The notes below the pieces were generated by a model that saw only the letters and a program-made list of their open reading frames with translations, made no database searches and was not told the DNA's origin. DNA of 63,890 bases, filler included, from Vicugna vicugna (taxonomy: Eukaryota): assembly GCA_013265495.1 (NCBI GenBank). It is 76 parts of 75 records of this genome, joined end to end, with 100 filler letters (N's around TTAATTAATTAA, not from the genome) between each part and the next. Parts side by side here need not be neighbours in the genome. Positions count along the whole stretch, not along the records: positions 11,560 to 12,566 come from MU060300.1; positions 12,667 to 13,545 come from PNXW01013741.1; positions 13,646 to 14,449 come from MU060301.1; positions 14,550 to 14,873 come from PNXW01013745.1; positions 14,974 to 15,885 come from PNXW01013746.1; positions 15,986 to 16,405 come from MU060304.1; positions 16,506 to 17,308 come from MU060305.1; positions 17,409 to 18,303 come from MU060309.1; 68 more parts are not named here. One strand, 5' to 3'. A program made the translations under genes and the position numbers. Shown here in pieces: positions 11,460-24,375 of this stretch (its first letter is position 1; each line of letters begins with the position of its first letter).

Positions 11460-14400
11460 NNNNNNNNNNNNNNNNNNNNNNNNNNNNNNNNNNNNNNNNN
11501 NNNTTAATTAATTAANNNNNNNNNNNNNNNNNNNNNNNNNNNNNNNNNNNNNNNNNNNNTGTAATATTTTCACAGTTTCTGAACAACTTTCTAATACCTG
11601 TTTGCTGATTCTATGAAAAACTTAATATAGAACGTAAGTTACAGTTAATGTAGAAATTTCCATAAGTAGCTGAGTGGTGTACCTTGGAACTTCTGTTGTA
11701 GCCCCTGTATCACATTCCTGAGTCTCTCGCTTAATTGACTAGAAATTTGCATGGTTAGGCTTGAAGTTTTATTCTGGCTGTGAAAGGTGGGTCTGCAGCT
11801 CTTTAAAGCAGCTGAACAGCTCATCTAAGTCTTCAGTTCATCTGCTTGCTTGTTTCTCTAATGCTGTTTTATTAAGAGTCATGACAGGCNNNNNNNNNNN
11901 NNNNNNNNNNNNNNNNNNNNNNNNNNNNNNNNNNNNNNNNNNNNNNNNNNNNNNNNNNNNNNNNNNNNNNNNNNNNNNNNNNNNNNNNNNNNNNNNNNNN
12001 NNNNNNNNNNTGTTCACTCCTATTTCAGAGTAAACTGTTGGAAACCAGCAGTAACTGAAGATTGGATAAATTCGTTATGATAGAGCAGTTTGTAAAAGAA
12101 ATACACATCCATTAAATTCTTTATGATACAACAGTTTGTAAAAAAACAACATCTGTTAGAAAGATGATAGTTGAATATTTAATGCTATAGAAAGGTGTTA
12201 CTATTATGTCAGATGGAGGGAGCAGGTTGTAAGACAGGATGCACTGTGTGGTCCTTGTTCCCTGAAGCTGCTGAGCAGAGGGCAGTCTGGAAAGACCCTG
12301 AGCAGCCAGGGAGGAACAGGCTGTTCACCCAGCGGCATCTGTACCTCACTGGGGCAGGGGGGAGCCTCTTTTTAGGGGCTCCCTCTGGGCCGTTCCCTGA
12401 GCTGCCTCCTTGAAGGCCCGGTGTCAGGGCCTTTGTTCGGGCCTTGCCGGGTCCACGGACATCGAGGGTCACTCCCCACGCAGCACTTCCTCAGTGACTG
12501 GGCTCCATCACTCCCCTACCGCCCTACCTTCCTGTTGCCAGATAGTGTATCACAGGGTTTACTCCTNNNNNNNNNNNNNNNNNNNNNNNNNNNNNNNNNN
12601 NNNNNNNNNNTTAATTAATTAANNNNNNNNNNNNNNNNNNNNNNNNNNNNNNNNNNNNNNNNNNNNTTGTAAGAGAACTCTAAATAGAAAGTAAGAAATG
12701 CAATGTTCTGTTCTCAATTTCATTTGTTATATGGGCCATTAACTGATTGTATATCTCGACTAATGAAACCCAAAAATAAATTGTCAACGTCGATTTTCTT
12801 CATGGACCGTTTTATGCTAACTTTGGATATCAAACCCACACTCCATAAGTAAAGCTCAGGCTTATGCTGCAGCACAGCTACATCTCGTGTAAGAAAGCCA
12901 ATGAAGGGATAACTGAACAGTTTCCCTTCAGAAGCTGCTAAGTCTGACTTTGCACCTGTACGTCATTTGCGACCACGTCATCGTCAAAGGAGGAAGACCT
13001 TACCTCTGTGGGGCGAAAAGCACTGCGGTGCTTCAGAAGCATCATTTTTAAAAAGTCCTGAGGCACTTAAATCGCACTTTTTCTGAAAGGCTCCAAAACT
13101 GACCCACTTCACCATTCCAGGTATAACAGGGAGGTACCGGAATTAGTAGAGAAAGCTTGCCCTTGAAGTCTGACAAGGCCCTGCTTGAATCCTGCTACAA
13201 CATTTACTAGCCACTAAACGGACCAATTCCTTAACCCCTGAGAGAAGACATCCCAATCTGCAAAACGGGGCTGCCACCGCCCACCTAGGAAGCATGGATG
13301 TGAATGCAACATGCAAGTAGGGTGGCCGACTGGTACCTGACACGGGGCCTGGCTAGTTTCCCTCCGCTGACCTTCTCCCCCTTTAAACTTGCACTGTTCC
13401 CCCTGGTAAGGGTGAAGCCCCCGGAACAGACTGCCCGATTCTTCTGTAAATCCCCAGATACATGCCTGACCCTTAGGAGGCCAGAAAAACTGCCTCCTAG
13501 CCAGTCACTATCAATGTTCTTAAGATTCTGGGTATTTTTTCTCTCNNNNNNNNNNNNNNNNNNNNNNNNNNNNNNNNNNNNNNNNNNNNTTAATTAATTA
13601 ANNNNNNNNNNNNNNNNNNNNNNNNNNNNNNNNNNNNNNNNNNNNTTTATTACATCAAAGTATTTACTATTTGAGGGATAAGATAGGGCCAACAGGGAAT
13701 GCATTTAGATAGTCAGATAGACAGATAGGAAGGTAGCTCAGTCTGGGAATCCAACTCGAAAAAAATATATCTTAAGGTAAATTCACCTCAAATCTCTGAA
13801 TCTCATTTTTGTAATCTATAAAATGTCAGTGGTGGTATCAATATTAAGAGGTAGTGGTCAGAATTATATACAATTTCATTTTGGAATAGATCCTGACATG
13901 TGCTATGTGGCAATCTGTAAAGAAGGTCAATAAAAGTTGAAATCTTTATCTTCTCTTCCTGGTAGGACATAGCCCAGATCCAAGGTCTGATTTTCCTCCT
14001 TATGGCATAACCGTCATCAGATTTTTTTTTTTNNNNNNNNNNNNNNNNNNNNNNNNNNNNNNNNNNNNNNNNNNNNNNNNNNNNNNNNNNNNNNNNNNNN
14101 NNNNNNNNNNNNNNNNNNNNNNNAAGAAAACAATGGCTATGTTTTGTAAAGAGAGACAGGTTATTTATTGTTCTTCCATTGGATTAAAACAAAATGGAGA
14201 TACTTGTCAAAAATCATTTGACCATAAAGGTGAAGGTTTTGTTTTTTTCTGGTATCACTACTTAGTTTTGTTCCTGTATGTTTGTCTTCATGCCAATGCT
14301 ACACAGTTTTTGGTACTGTAGCTTTGTAGTGAGCCTTGAATCAGGAAGAGGAAGTTTTCCTTTTACAAGACTGTTTGGGCGGCTATTCTGTGTATCTTAA

Positions 14401-14549
14401 GATCTCATATGAATTTTAGGATGTACTGTTCTGTGTTTTCAATGTCCTCNNNNNNNNNNNNNNNNNNNNNNNNNNNNNNNNNNNNNNNNNNNNTTAATTA
14501 ATTAANNNNNNNNNNNNNNNNNNNNNNNNNNNNNNNNNNNNNNNNNNNN

Positions 14550-14873
14550 CCATTATGGAAAACAGTATGGAGATTCCTTAAAAAACTGAAAATATACTTA
14601 CCATATGATCCAGCAATACTACTCCTGAGCGTATATCTGAAGGGAACTCTTAATTCAAAAAGATACACACACTCTAATGTTCATAGCAGCATTATTTACA
14701 GTAGCCAAGACATGGAGGTAACCAAAATATCCATCGACAGAGGACTGGATAAAGAAGTTGTGGTATAGTTATACAATGGAATATTACTCAGCCATAAAAA
14801 AGAATAAAATAACGCCACTCACAGCGATATGGATGGACCTGGAGATCATCATACTAAGTGAAGTAAGCCAGTA
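14550..14873 (+). mobile_element. LINE-1 ORF2 3' end fragment
   Basis: GGAAAACAGTATGGAGATTCCTTAAAAAAC, TTACCATATGATCCAGCAAT and ATGTTCATAGCAGCATTATTTACA. Confidence 0.93.
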
Positions 14874-14973
14874 NNNNNNNNNNNNNNNNNNNNNNNNNNN
14901 NNNNNNNNNNNNNNNNNTTAATTAATTAANNNNNNNNNNNNNNNNNNNNNNNNNNNNNNNNNNNNNNNNNNNN

Positions 14974-15885
14974 CATGTGGATTAGTGAACTTTCATCCAC
15001 CAAACGAGGCATATATACTCTTTGAATGTGTGCTCTGATTTCAGATGCTTTTTCTATCACCAGGGTCTAAAATCGGACATTTGGCACCAGAAAACACTCT
15101 TTGAGCAAATTCTCAACAATACACATTTAATTTACATTGTTTACATAACCATGGCATTCCATATTCCGAACATGTTTCATGCATCACCGATTCCTCAAAC
15201 AGGCATTTCTGAGTTGTGAACATGCACATGACTCATATTTCAAACACCAAACAAGTTACCAATGCACTTTGAAATATTTACTTGGACTTCGTAGCTTTTT
15301 TCTATCACCAGTTTCAAAAATCACATTTTTATCTCAGAAAATCACTCTTGGTACGAAATCTATCCTAGAGATATGTAATTTAAATAGATTACATCAACAT
15401 GATATTCCATGCTCAGTACATGCTTCATGCATGACGCATTCGACAAACATGTATTCCTGAGTTGAGAGCATGTGGATTACTGATCTTTCATAGATCTTTC
15501 AACTCTATAAATGGAATGTTTTCATCTAAACACGTGTACTCATTTTCACAGGCTTTCCCTAACACCAGTTTCGAATTCGTGCATTCTTCAATGAAAAATT
15601 CTTCTGAAGCGATTTCAACCTATTAGATATGTAATTTACATGAATTCCATCAACATGTCATTCCGGGTTCCGTACATGCTTCATGCATGACGGAGCTGGA
15701 AAACATGCGTTCCTGACTTGTGAGCATGTGGATTACTGATCTTTCATCCACCAAACAAGGCATATATTCACTTAGAAATATTTACTCAGACTTCATAGGT
15801 TTTTTCTATAACCAGGTCCTAAAATAGGACATTAGGACCCGAAAAACTCTTTGAGCGAATTCTCAACAATACACATGTAATTTAC
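14974..15885 (+). repeat. AT-rich ~248-bp satellite, trimeric ~750-bp higher-order repeat
   Basis: Homologous landmarks at 14974, 15221, 15469 and 15725. Unit 1 matches unit 4 best. Confidence 0.88.
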
Positions 15886-15985
15886 NNNNNNNNNNNNNNN
15901 NNNNNNNNNNNNNNNNNNNNNNNNNNNNNTTAATTAATTAANNNNNNNNNNNNNNNNNNNNNNNNNNNNNNNNNNNNNNNNNNNN

Positions 15986-16405
15986 ATTTCTGAGCTGTGA
16001 ACATGCGCATGACAGATGTTTCAACCACCATAAAAGTTACCTATGCACTTTGAAATATTTACATAGACTTCGTAGCTTCTTCTTTCACCAGTTTCAAGAA
16101 TCACACTTTGATGCCAGGAAAACCCTCTTGGAGCGAATTCTACCCTAGAGATATGTAATTTGAATAGATTCCATCTACATGATATTCCGTGTTCCGTACA
16201 TGCTACATGCATGACGGATTNNNNNNNNNNNNNNNNNNNNNNNNNNNNNNNNNNNNNNNNNNNNNNNNNNNNNNNNCACAATCTTTACACCAGTTTCGAA
16301 CTCGTGCATTTTTCTCAGAAAAATACTTCTGAAGCGATTTCCACCTAACAGATATGTAATTTACATGAATTCCATCAACATGGCATTCCGGGTTCCGTTC
16401 CGTAC
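15986..16405 (+). repeat. AT-rich ~248-bp satellite
   Basis: Shares AGATATGTAATTT...CATGATATTCCG...CATGCATGACGGA motifs. Confidence 0.9.
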
Positions 16406-16505
16406 NNNNNNNNNNNNNNNNNNNNNNNNNNNNNNNNNNNNNNNNNNNNTTAATTAATTAANNNNNNNNNNNNNNNNNNNNNNNNNNNNNNNNNNNNNNN
16501 NNNNN

Positions 16506-18303
16506 GTTGGTGGAACCTCTCCACGCTCAGATTCCGGAACCATGGTCAGTCCGTGGGGGAGCTCGAGAAACAACTCCACGCAGCTCCCTTTAGTCACAGG
16601 TGTTCCCTGTTGGGGGAAGTCCGAGAAATACCTTCCCTGAATTTGGGGAGGCAGCCTCTGTCACTGGGATATCCTGCAAACCCCAGGGCATTCCCAGGCA
16701 CAGAGACATTAGGAAAACNNNNNNNNNNNNNNNNNNNNNNNNNNNNNNNNNNNNNNNNNNNNNNNNNNNNNNNNNNNNNNNNNNNNNNNNNNNNNNNNNN
16801 NNNNNNNNNNNNNNNNNNNNNNNNNNNNNNNNNNNNNNNNNNNNNNNNNNNNNNNNNNNNNNNNNNNNNNNNNNNNNNNNNNNNNNNNNNNNNNNNNNNN
16901 NNNNNNNNNNNNNNNNNNNNNNNNNNNNNNNNNNNNNNNNNNNNNNNNNNNNNNNNNNNNNNNNNNNNNNNNNNNNNNNNNNNNNNNNNNNNNNNNNNNN
17001 NNNNNNNNNNNNNNNNNNNNNNNNNNNNNNNNNNNNNNNNNNNNNNNNNNNNNNNNNNNNNNNNNNNNNNNNNNNNNNNNNNNNNNNNNNNNNNNNNNNN
17101 NNNNNNNNNNNNNNNNNNNNNNNNNNNNNNNGTTCCCTGTTAAGTCCGAGAAATAACTTCCCTGACCTTGGGGAGGCAGCCTATGTCATTGGGATTTCCT
17201 GTAACCCCCCCAAGCATTCCCTGGCTCAGAGACATGAGGAAAACAACCAGGGGAGGCGAGCAGATGCATTCCGTTAGAACCCACATGCTGCCGACCGTTG
17301 GTGGAACCNNNNNNNNNNNNNNNNNNNNNNNNNNNNNNNNNNNNNNNNNNNNTTAATTAATTAANNNNNNNNNNNNNNNNNNNNNNNNNNNNNNNNNNNN
17401 NNNNNNNNGCATTCCCTGACACAGAGAAATTAGGAAAACAATCAGGGAAGCGAACTTAGGCATTCCGTTAGAACACACTCGCTTCCGACATTTGTTGGAA
17501 CCTCCCACGCTCAGGATTCCGGAACCATTGTCAGTGCGTGGGGGAGCTCGAGAGACAACTCCACGCAGCTCTCTTCAGTCACAGGTGTTCACTATTCGGG
17601 GAAGTCCGAGAAATAACTTCCCTTAACTTGGAGAGGCATTCTCTGTCACTGGGATATCCTGCAAACCCCCCTAGCATTCCCTGGCACAGAGACATTAGGA
17701 AAACCATCAGGGGAGACAAGCTTAGGCATTCCGTTCGAACCCACGCGCTGCCGACCGTTGGTGGNNNNNNNNNNNNNNNNNNNNNNNNNNNNNNNNNNNN
17801 NNNNNNNNNNNNNNNNNNNNNNNNNNNNNNNNNNNNNNNNNNNNNNNNNNNNNNNNNNNNNNNNNNNNNNNNNNNNNNNNNNNNNNNNNNNNNNNNNNNN
17901 NNNNNNNNNNNNNNNNNNNNNNNNNNNNNNNNNNNNNNNNNNNNNNNNNNNNNNNNNNNNNNNNNNNNNNNNNNNNNNNNNNNNNNNNNNNNNNNNNNNN
18001 NNNNNNNNNNNNNNNNNNNNNNNNNNNNNNNNNNNNNNNNNNNNNNNNNNNNNNNNNNNNNCAGTGCGTGGGGGAGCTCGAGAGACAACTCCACGCAGCT
18101 CTCTTCAGTCACAGGTGTTCCCTGTTCGGGGAAGTTCGAGAAATACCTTCCCTGACCTTGGGGAGGCAGCCTCTGTCATGGGATATCCTGCAAATCCCCC
18201 TAGCATTCCCTGGCAAAGGGACATTAAGAAAATTCTCAGGGGAGACGAGATTAGGCTTTCCGTCAGAACCCACGCTCTGCCGACCGTTGGTGGAAACTCC
18301 CCA
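16506..18303 (+). repeat. 267-bp satellite (two scaffolds, 16506-17308 and 17409-18303)
   Basis: Monomer motifs on both sides of the gaps. Confidence 0.95.
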
Positions 18304-18403
18304 NNNNNNNNNNNNNNNNNNNNNNNNNNNNNNNNNNNNNNNNNNNNTTAATTAATTAANNNNNNNNNNNNNNNNNNNNNNNNNNNNNNNNNNNNNNNNN
18401 NNN

Positions 18404-19158
18404 CGAAGATGATGGAGCAGAAGGATGCTCATAGCTCACCCTTTCCCAAAAATGCACCGAGACTCATATCCACAGACCTATTCAGCTAACCAGAGAACCT
18501 ACAGAACTCTGACAGTACACTGTCCTCTTCAAAAGATAAAAATGCAAAATATCTTGTAGAAGAAAATGAATAAAGAAAGAAGAAAAGGCAAAACAAATTG
18601 GGACAGTTCCCACAGGGAGGGAGCAGCAAAGAAGGACTCATGCTCATTCACTGGGTCTCCCCTCTCCAAGTGAGATGTCGGCAGGATGGAGGGGGATCTT
18701 CCAAGAATTGGAACACATAGAGTATAAGTACTAAGTTAAACAGGCAGTGAGGATCCCTGTGACACCCAGCCCAAGAAGCATCCTGGCAGCTGGGGGCAGT
18801 GCCATGCTGCCAGAGCTGGGTGGAAGATGAAGATGGCTGCACTGAGGCAGCCTGGGGGAATGGAGGGGGCTGTGCACCATTGCTGTGGGTGCACAGGGCA
18901 GAACAACCTGGGCCCTCCATTAAACAACAGGGCAGACTAGCCCTGGGAGGGGAAAGGTGCATTTTAAATCTCTGAAATTCCACAAAATAATTGAGGACAA
19001 GAGACCTAGGGCTCAGACACAGCCACCATAGCCTCTGGTGATATGCACCCTGGCAGCAGTGAGAGCAAAAGCTGCATTCACTCCTAAGGACTTAGCAGCC
19101 TCAAGTGCCAGAAGGGAACTTGTTTACAGCCTGAGGCATATAATATATTTCTGTCCTA
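18404..19158 (+). mobile_element. Probable LINE-1 5' UTR start
   Basis: Begins GAAGATGATGGAGCAGAAGGATGCTCATAGCTCACC, resembling the AAGATGGCGGAG...GCTCACC start of laurasiatherian L1 5' UTRs. Confidence 0.6.
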
Positions 19159-19258
19159 NNNNNNNNNNNNNNNNNNNNNNNNNNNNNNNNNNNNNNNNNN
19201 NNTTAATTAATTAANNNNNNNNNNNNNNNNNNNNNNNNNNNNNNNNNNNNNNNNNNNN

Positions 19259-20589
19259 TTCGCTCAAAGAGTGCTTTCTAGTGGCAAATGTCCGATTTTA
19301 GAAAATGGTGATACAAAAAACTTATGATGTCAGAGTAAATATTTCAAAGTGTATATATGCCTTGTTTGGTGGATGAAAGTTCACTAATCCACATGCTCAC
19401 AACTCAGAAACGCATGTTTGCCGAATCCGTCATGCGTGTAGCATGTACGGAATCCAACGGAATCCAGAATGCCCTGTTGATGGAATGCATTTAAATTACA
19501 TATCTGTTAGGTGGAAATCGCTCCAGAAGTATTTTTCTGTGAAAAATGCACGAATTCTAAACTGGTGTTAGGGAAGCTTGTGAAAATATGTACATGAGTC
19601 TAGAAGAAAATTCTCCTTTTATAAAGGATGAAACATCAGTAATCCACATGCTCTCAACTCAGGAATGCATGTTTTCGAATCCGTCATGCATGTAGCATGT
19701 ACGGAACACGGAATACTATGTAGATAGAATCTATTCAAATTACATATCTCTAGGTTAGAATTGGCTCCAAGAGTGTTTTTATGGGATCAAAGTGTGATTC
19801 TTGAACCTGGTGATATGAAGAAGCTACGAAGACAAAGTATATATATTTAAGTGCATAGGTAACTTGTAATGATTGAAAAATCAGTCATGAGCATATTCAC
19901 AACTCAGAAATGCATGTTTGAGGAATCGGTATTGCATGAAACATGTTCGGAATATGGAAAGTCATGGTTATGTAAACAGTGTAAATTACATTTGTATTGG
20001 TGAGAACTCGCTCAAAGAGGCTTTTCTAGTGCCAAATGTCCGATTTTAGTACCTGGTGACAGAAAAAATCTATGAAGTCAGAGTCAATATTTCTAAGTGT
20101 ATATATGCCTTGTTTGGTGGATGAAAGNNNNNNNNNNNNNNNNNNNNNNNNNNNNNNNNNNNNNNNNNNNNNNNNNNNNNNNNNNNNNNNNNNNNNNNNN
20201 NNNNNNNNNNNNNNNNNNNNNNNNNNNNNNNNNNNNNNNNNNNNNNNNNNNNNNNNNNNNNNNNNNNNNNNNNNNNNNNNNNNNNNNNNNNNNNNNNNNN
20301 NNNNNNNNNNNNNNNNNNNNNNNNNNNNNNNNNNNNNNNNNNNNNNNNNNNNNNNNNNNNNNNNNNNNNNNNNNNNNNNNNNNNNNNNNNNNNNNNNNNN
20401 NNNNNNNNNNNNNNNNNNNNNNNNNNNNNNNNNNNNNNNNNNNNNNNNNNNNNNNNNNNNNNNNNNNNNNNNNNNNNNNNNNNNNNNNNNNNNNNNNNNN
20501 NNNNNNNNNNNNNNNNNNNNNNNNNNNGGCATCAAAGTTCTTCAAACTGGTGAAAGGAAGAAACAACGAAGTCTAAGTAAATATTTCAA
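19259..20589 (-). repeat. AT-rich ~248-bp satellite with 748-bp trimer period
   Basis: CGCTCAAAGAG at 19261 recurs at 20009 and CTTGTTTGGT at 19361 recurs at 20109. Sub-units are about 245-255 bp. Confidence 0.9.
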
Positions 20590-20689
20590 NNNNNNNNNNN
20601 NNNNNNNNNNNNNNNNNNNNNNNNNNNNNNNNNTTAATTAATTAANNNNNNNNNNNNNNNNNNNNNNNNNNNNNNNNNNNNNNNNNNNN

Positions 20690-22095
20690 AGAACACGAAA
20701 TGCAGAATATACTATACAGAATATCGAATATAGATCACAAAATATAGAATATGGAAAACAGAAAACAGAACCTAGAATTTAGAACATGGAATGCAGAACA
20801 CAGAATTTAGAATATAGAATACAGAATACTGAATATATAATTTATAATATAGAATGTAGAACACAGAATATAGAATAGAGAATAGAGAATAGAGAACCCA
20901 AAATTTAGAGCATGGAATGTAGAAATCAGAATTTAGAATATAGAATACAGAATACTGAATATATAATTTATAATATAGAATGTAGAACACAGAATATAGA
21001 ATAGAGAATAGAGAATAGAGAACCCAAAATTTAGAGCATGGAATGTAGAAATCAGAATTTAGAATATAGAATACAGAATACTGAATATATAATTTATAAT
21101 ATAGAATGTAGAACACAGAATATAGAATAGAGAATAGAGAATAGAGAACCCAAAATTTAGAGCATGGAATGTAGAAATCAGAATTTAGAATATAGAATAC
21201 AGAATACTGAATATATAATTTATAATATAGAATGTAGAACACAGAATATAGAATAGAGAATAGAGAATAGAGAACCCAAAATTTAGAGCATGGAATGTAG
21301 AAATCAGAATTTAGAATATAGAATACAGAATACTGAATATATAATTTATAATATAGAATGTAGAACACAGAATATAGAATAGAGAATAGAGAATAGAGAA
21401 CCCAAAATTTAGAGCATGGAATGTAGAAATCAGAATTTAGAATATAGAATACAGAATACTGAATACAGAATTTAGAATATAGAATATAGGACACAGAATA
21501 TAGAATATGGAAAGCAGAAAACAGANNNNNNNNNNNNNNNNNNNNNNNNNNNNNNNNNNNNNNNNNNNNNNNNNNNNNNNNNNNNNNNNNNNNNNNNNNN
21601 NNNNNNNNNNNNNNNNNNNNNNNNNNNNNNNNNNNNNNNNNNNNNNNNNNNNNNNNNNNNNNNNNNNNNNNNNNNNNNNNNNNNNNNNNNNNNNNNNNNN
21701 NNNNNNNNNNNNNNNNNNNNNNNNNNNNNNNNNNNNNNNNNNNNNNNNNNNNNNNNNNNNNNNNNNNNNNNNNNNNNNNNNNNNNNNNNNNNNNNNNNNN
21801 NNNNNNNNNNNNNNNNNNNNNNNNNNNNNNNNNNNNNNNNNNNNNNNNNNNNNNNNNNNNNNNNNNNNNNNNNNNNNNNNNNNNNNNNNNNNNNNNNNNN
21901 NNNNNNNNNNNNNNNNNNNNNNNNNNNNNNNNNNNNNNNNNNNNNNNNNNNNNNNNNNNNNNNNNNNNNNNNNNNNNNNNNNNNNNNNNNNNNNNNNNNN
22001 NNNNNNNNNNNNNNNNNNNNNNNNNNNNNNNNACTGAATTTATAATTTATAATATAGAATAAAGAACACAGAATATAGAATAGAGAATAGAGAAT
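20690..22095 (-). repeat. Heptamer satellite containing ~5 identical 126-bp (18x7) units
   Basis: AACCCAAAATTTAGAG at 20895, 21021, 21147, 21273 and 21399. Confidence 0.93.
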
Positions 22096-22195
22096 NNNNN
22101 NNNNNNNNNNNNNNNNNNNNNNNNNNNNNNNNNNNNNNNTTAATTAATTAANNNNNNNNNNNNNNNNNNNNNNNNNNNNNNNNNNNNNNNNNNNN

Positions 22196-23002
22196 ATAGG
22201 AAGAAGCTACGAAGTCAAATAAATATTTAAAAGTGCATAGTTAACATTTTTAGTGCTTGAAAAATCTGTCATGCGCATGCTCACAACTCACAAATTCATG
22301 TTGGAGGAATTCGTGATGCATGAAACATGCTCGTAATACGGAATTCAATGGTTATGTAAAGAATGTAAATTACATGTTTATTGGGGAGAATTCGATCAAA
22401 GAGTGTTTTCTGGTGCCAAATGTCCGACTTTAGAACCTGGTGATAGTAAAAACCTATGAAGTCAGAGTAAATATTTCTAAGTCTATATACGCCTTGTTTG
22501 GAGGNNNNNNNNNNNNNNNNNNNNNNNNNNNNNNNNNNNNNNNNNNNNNNNNNNNNNNNNNNNNNNNNNNNNNNNNNNNNNNNNNNNNNNNNNNNNNNNN
22601 NNNNNNNNNNNNNNNNNNNNNNNNNNNNNNNNNNNNNNNNNNNNNNNNNNNNNNNNNNNNNNNNNNNNNNNNNNNNNNNNNNNNNNNNNNNNNNNNNNNN
22701 NNNNNNNNNNNNNNNNNNNNNNNNNNNNNNNNNNNNNNNNNNNNNNNNNNNNNNNNNNNNNNNNNNNNNNNNNNNNNNNNNNNNNNNNNNNNNNNNNNNN
22801 NNNNNNNNNNNNNNNNNNNNNNNNNNNNNNNNNNNNNNNNNNNNNNNNNNNNNNNNNNNNNNNNNNNNNNNNNNNNNNNNNNNNNNNNNNNNNNNNNNNN
22901 NNNNNNNNNNNNNNNNNNNNNNNNNNNNNNNNNNNNNNNNNNNNNNNNNNNTCAAAAAAATATTTCATAGTGCATAGGTAACTTGATTGGTGGTTGAAAC
23001 AT
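22196..23002 (-). repeat. AT-rich ~248-bp satellite
   Basis: Matches the 19815-20127 segment. Confidence 0.88.
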
Positions 23003-24375
23003 NNNNNNNNNNNNNNNNNNNNNNNNNNNNNNNNNNNNNNNNNNNNTTAATTAATTAANNNNNNNNNNNNNNNNNNNNNNNNNNNNNNNNNNNNNNNNNN
23101 NNAACGTGGCCTGACGCAGATGAGCAGTGGGGATGTGGGATGCAGATAGCAGACAGACTGGAAGGACAAAAGGGAAATGTTTGTTCAGGCTTCAGTTTGA
23201 AAGATTTCTGATTTTTATATGGACATTATTGCACTGCCTAGGGCAGGGTTCTAGAAGGTAGGGAAGGTGTCAGAGAGGAAATGCTTTCTGCACTGACATC
23301 TGACGGATTCCAGCAAATCTCTTGACCAGGAGAGTGCGTGCTGTCCACGGGAATCTCGGCAGCTTGCGTGTCTAGTGCAGAGGTCTGGCCGTGTCCAAGA
23401 NNNNNNNNNNNNNNNNNNNNNNNNNNNNNNNNNNNNNNNNNNNNTTAATTAATTAANNNNNNNNNNNNNNNNNNNNNNNNNNNNNNNNNNNNNNNNNNNN
23501 CAGGAGAGCCCAGGTGCTGATGTCCACTTACCGTAGGACGTGCGTAGTCATCCAAGGATGGAGAGACACCCGTCCGGCACAGAGGCTGCTGGCCAAATGC
23601 TGAGTTCCCGGGAGCACGGGCCTTATCAAGGGATCGGGCACGCCCCGCCCCTATTTATGGAAATCGCTGCCTCGGGATCCCAGCCCCCCCTTCCACCTTG
23701 AGAACGNNNNNNNNNNNNNNNNNNNNNNNNNNNNNNNNNNNNNNNNNNNNNNNNNNNNNNNNNNNNNNNNNNNNNNNNNNNNNNNNNNNNNNNNNNNNNN
23801 NNNNNNNNNNNNNNNNNNNNNNNNNNNNNNNNNNNNNNNNNNNNNNNNNNNNNNNNNNNNNNNNNNNNNNNNNNNNNNNNTTCGTGGTGACAAGGCTTGG
23901 CCCCTCTGTTCTTTCCAGTGTGGAGGGCCTAGCTTCCCGGTGTCTACTTCCCACTTCCCTCGGCATCTCCTGGACCTCATTGCATTCCAGGCCTGAGGCA
24001 TTTCCTTGACTGGAGGCTGAGGTCCCGCTCATTCCAATAGGAAGGCTGAATGCGCCGACGGACACAGGATTCGACACACGGGTCATGCTCTTTGGTCACA
24101 GCTTTGGAAAATTTTCCAGCTGTCATGTGAAGCCCGCCCCTTCCTCACGGGCCAGGGAGAGCCAGAAGACAGGGGCAGACCCCACTACCACACTAGGTGG
24201 GCCACATGAGACGGCTTCGACGTGCGAGGGTTGTCCTGGGCGAATCCAACATGGCTAGTTGCCCCTCCTGTCTGCNNNNNNNNNNNNNNNNNNNNNNNNN
24301 NNNNNNNNNNNNNNNNNNNTTAATTAATTAANNNNNNNNNNNNNNNNNNNNNNNNNNNNNNNNNNNNNNNNNNNN

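Noticed and set aside
20772..21494. Tyr/Ile/Leu/Phe/Ser-rich ORFs resembling membrane proteins (also 2856, 38594, 41524, 59613)
   Set aside because: They are translations of the heptamer satellite strand that is poor in stop codons.
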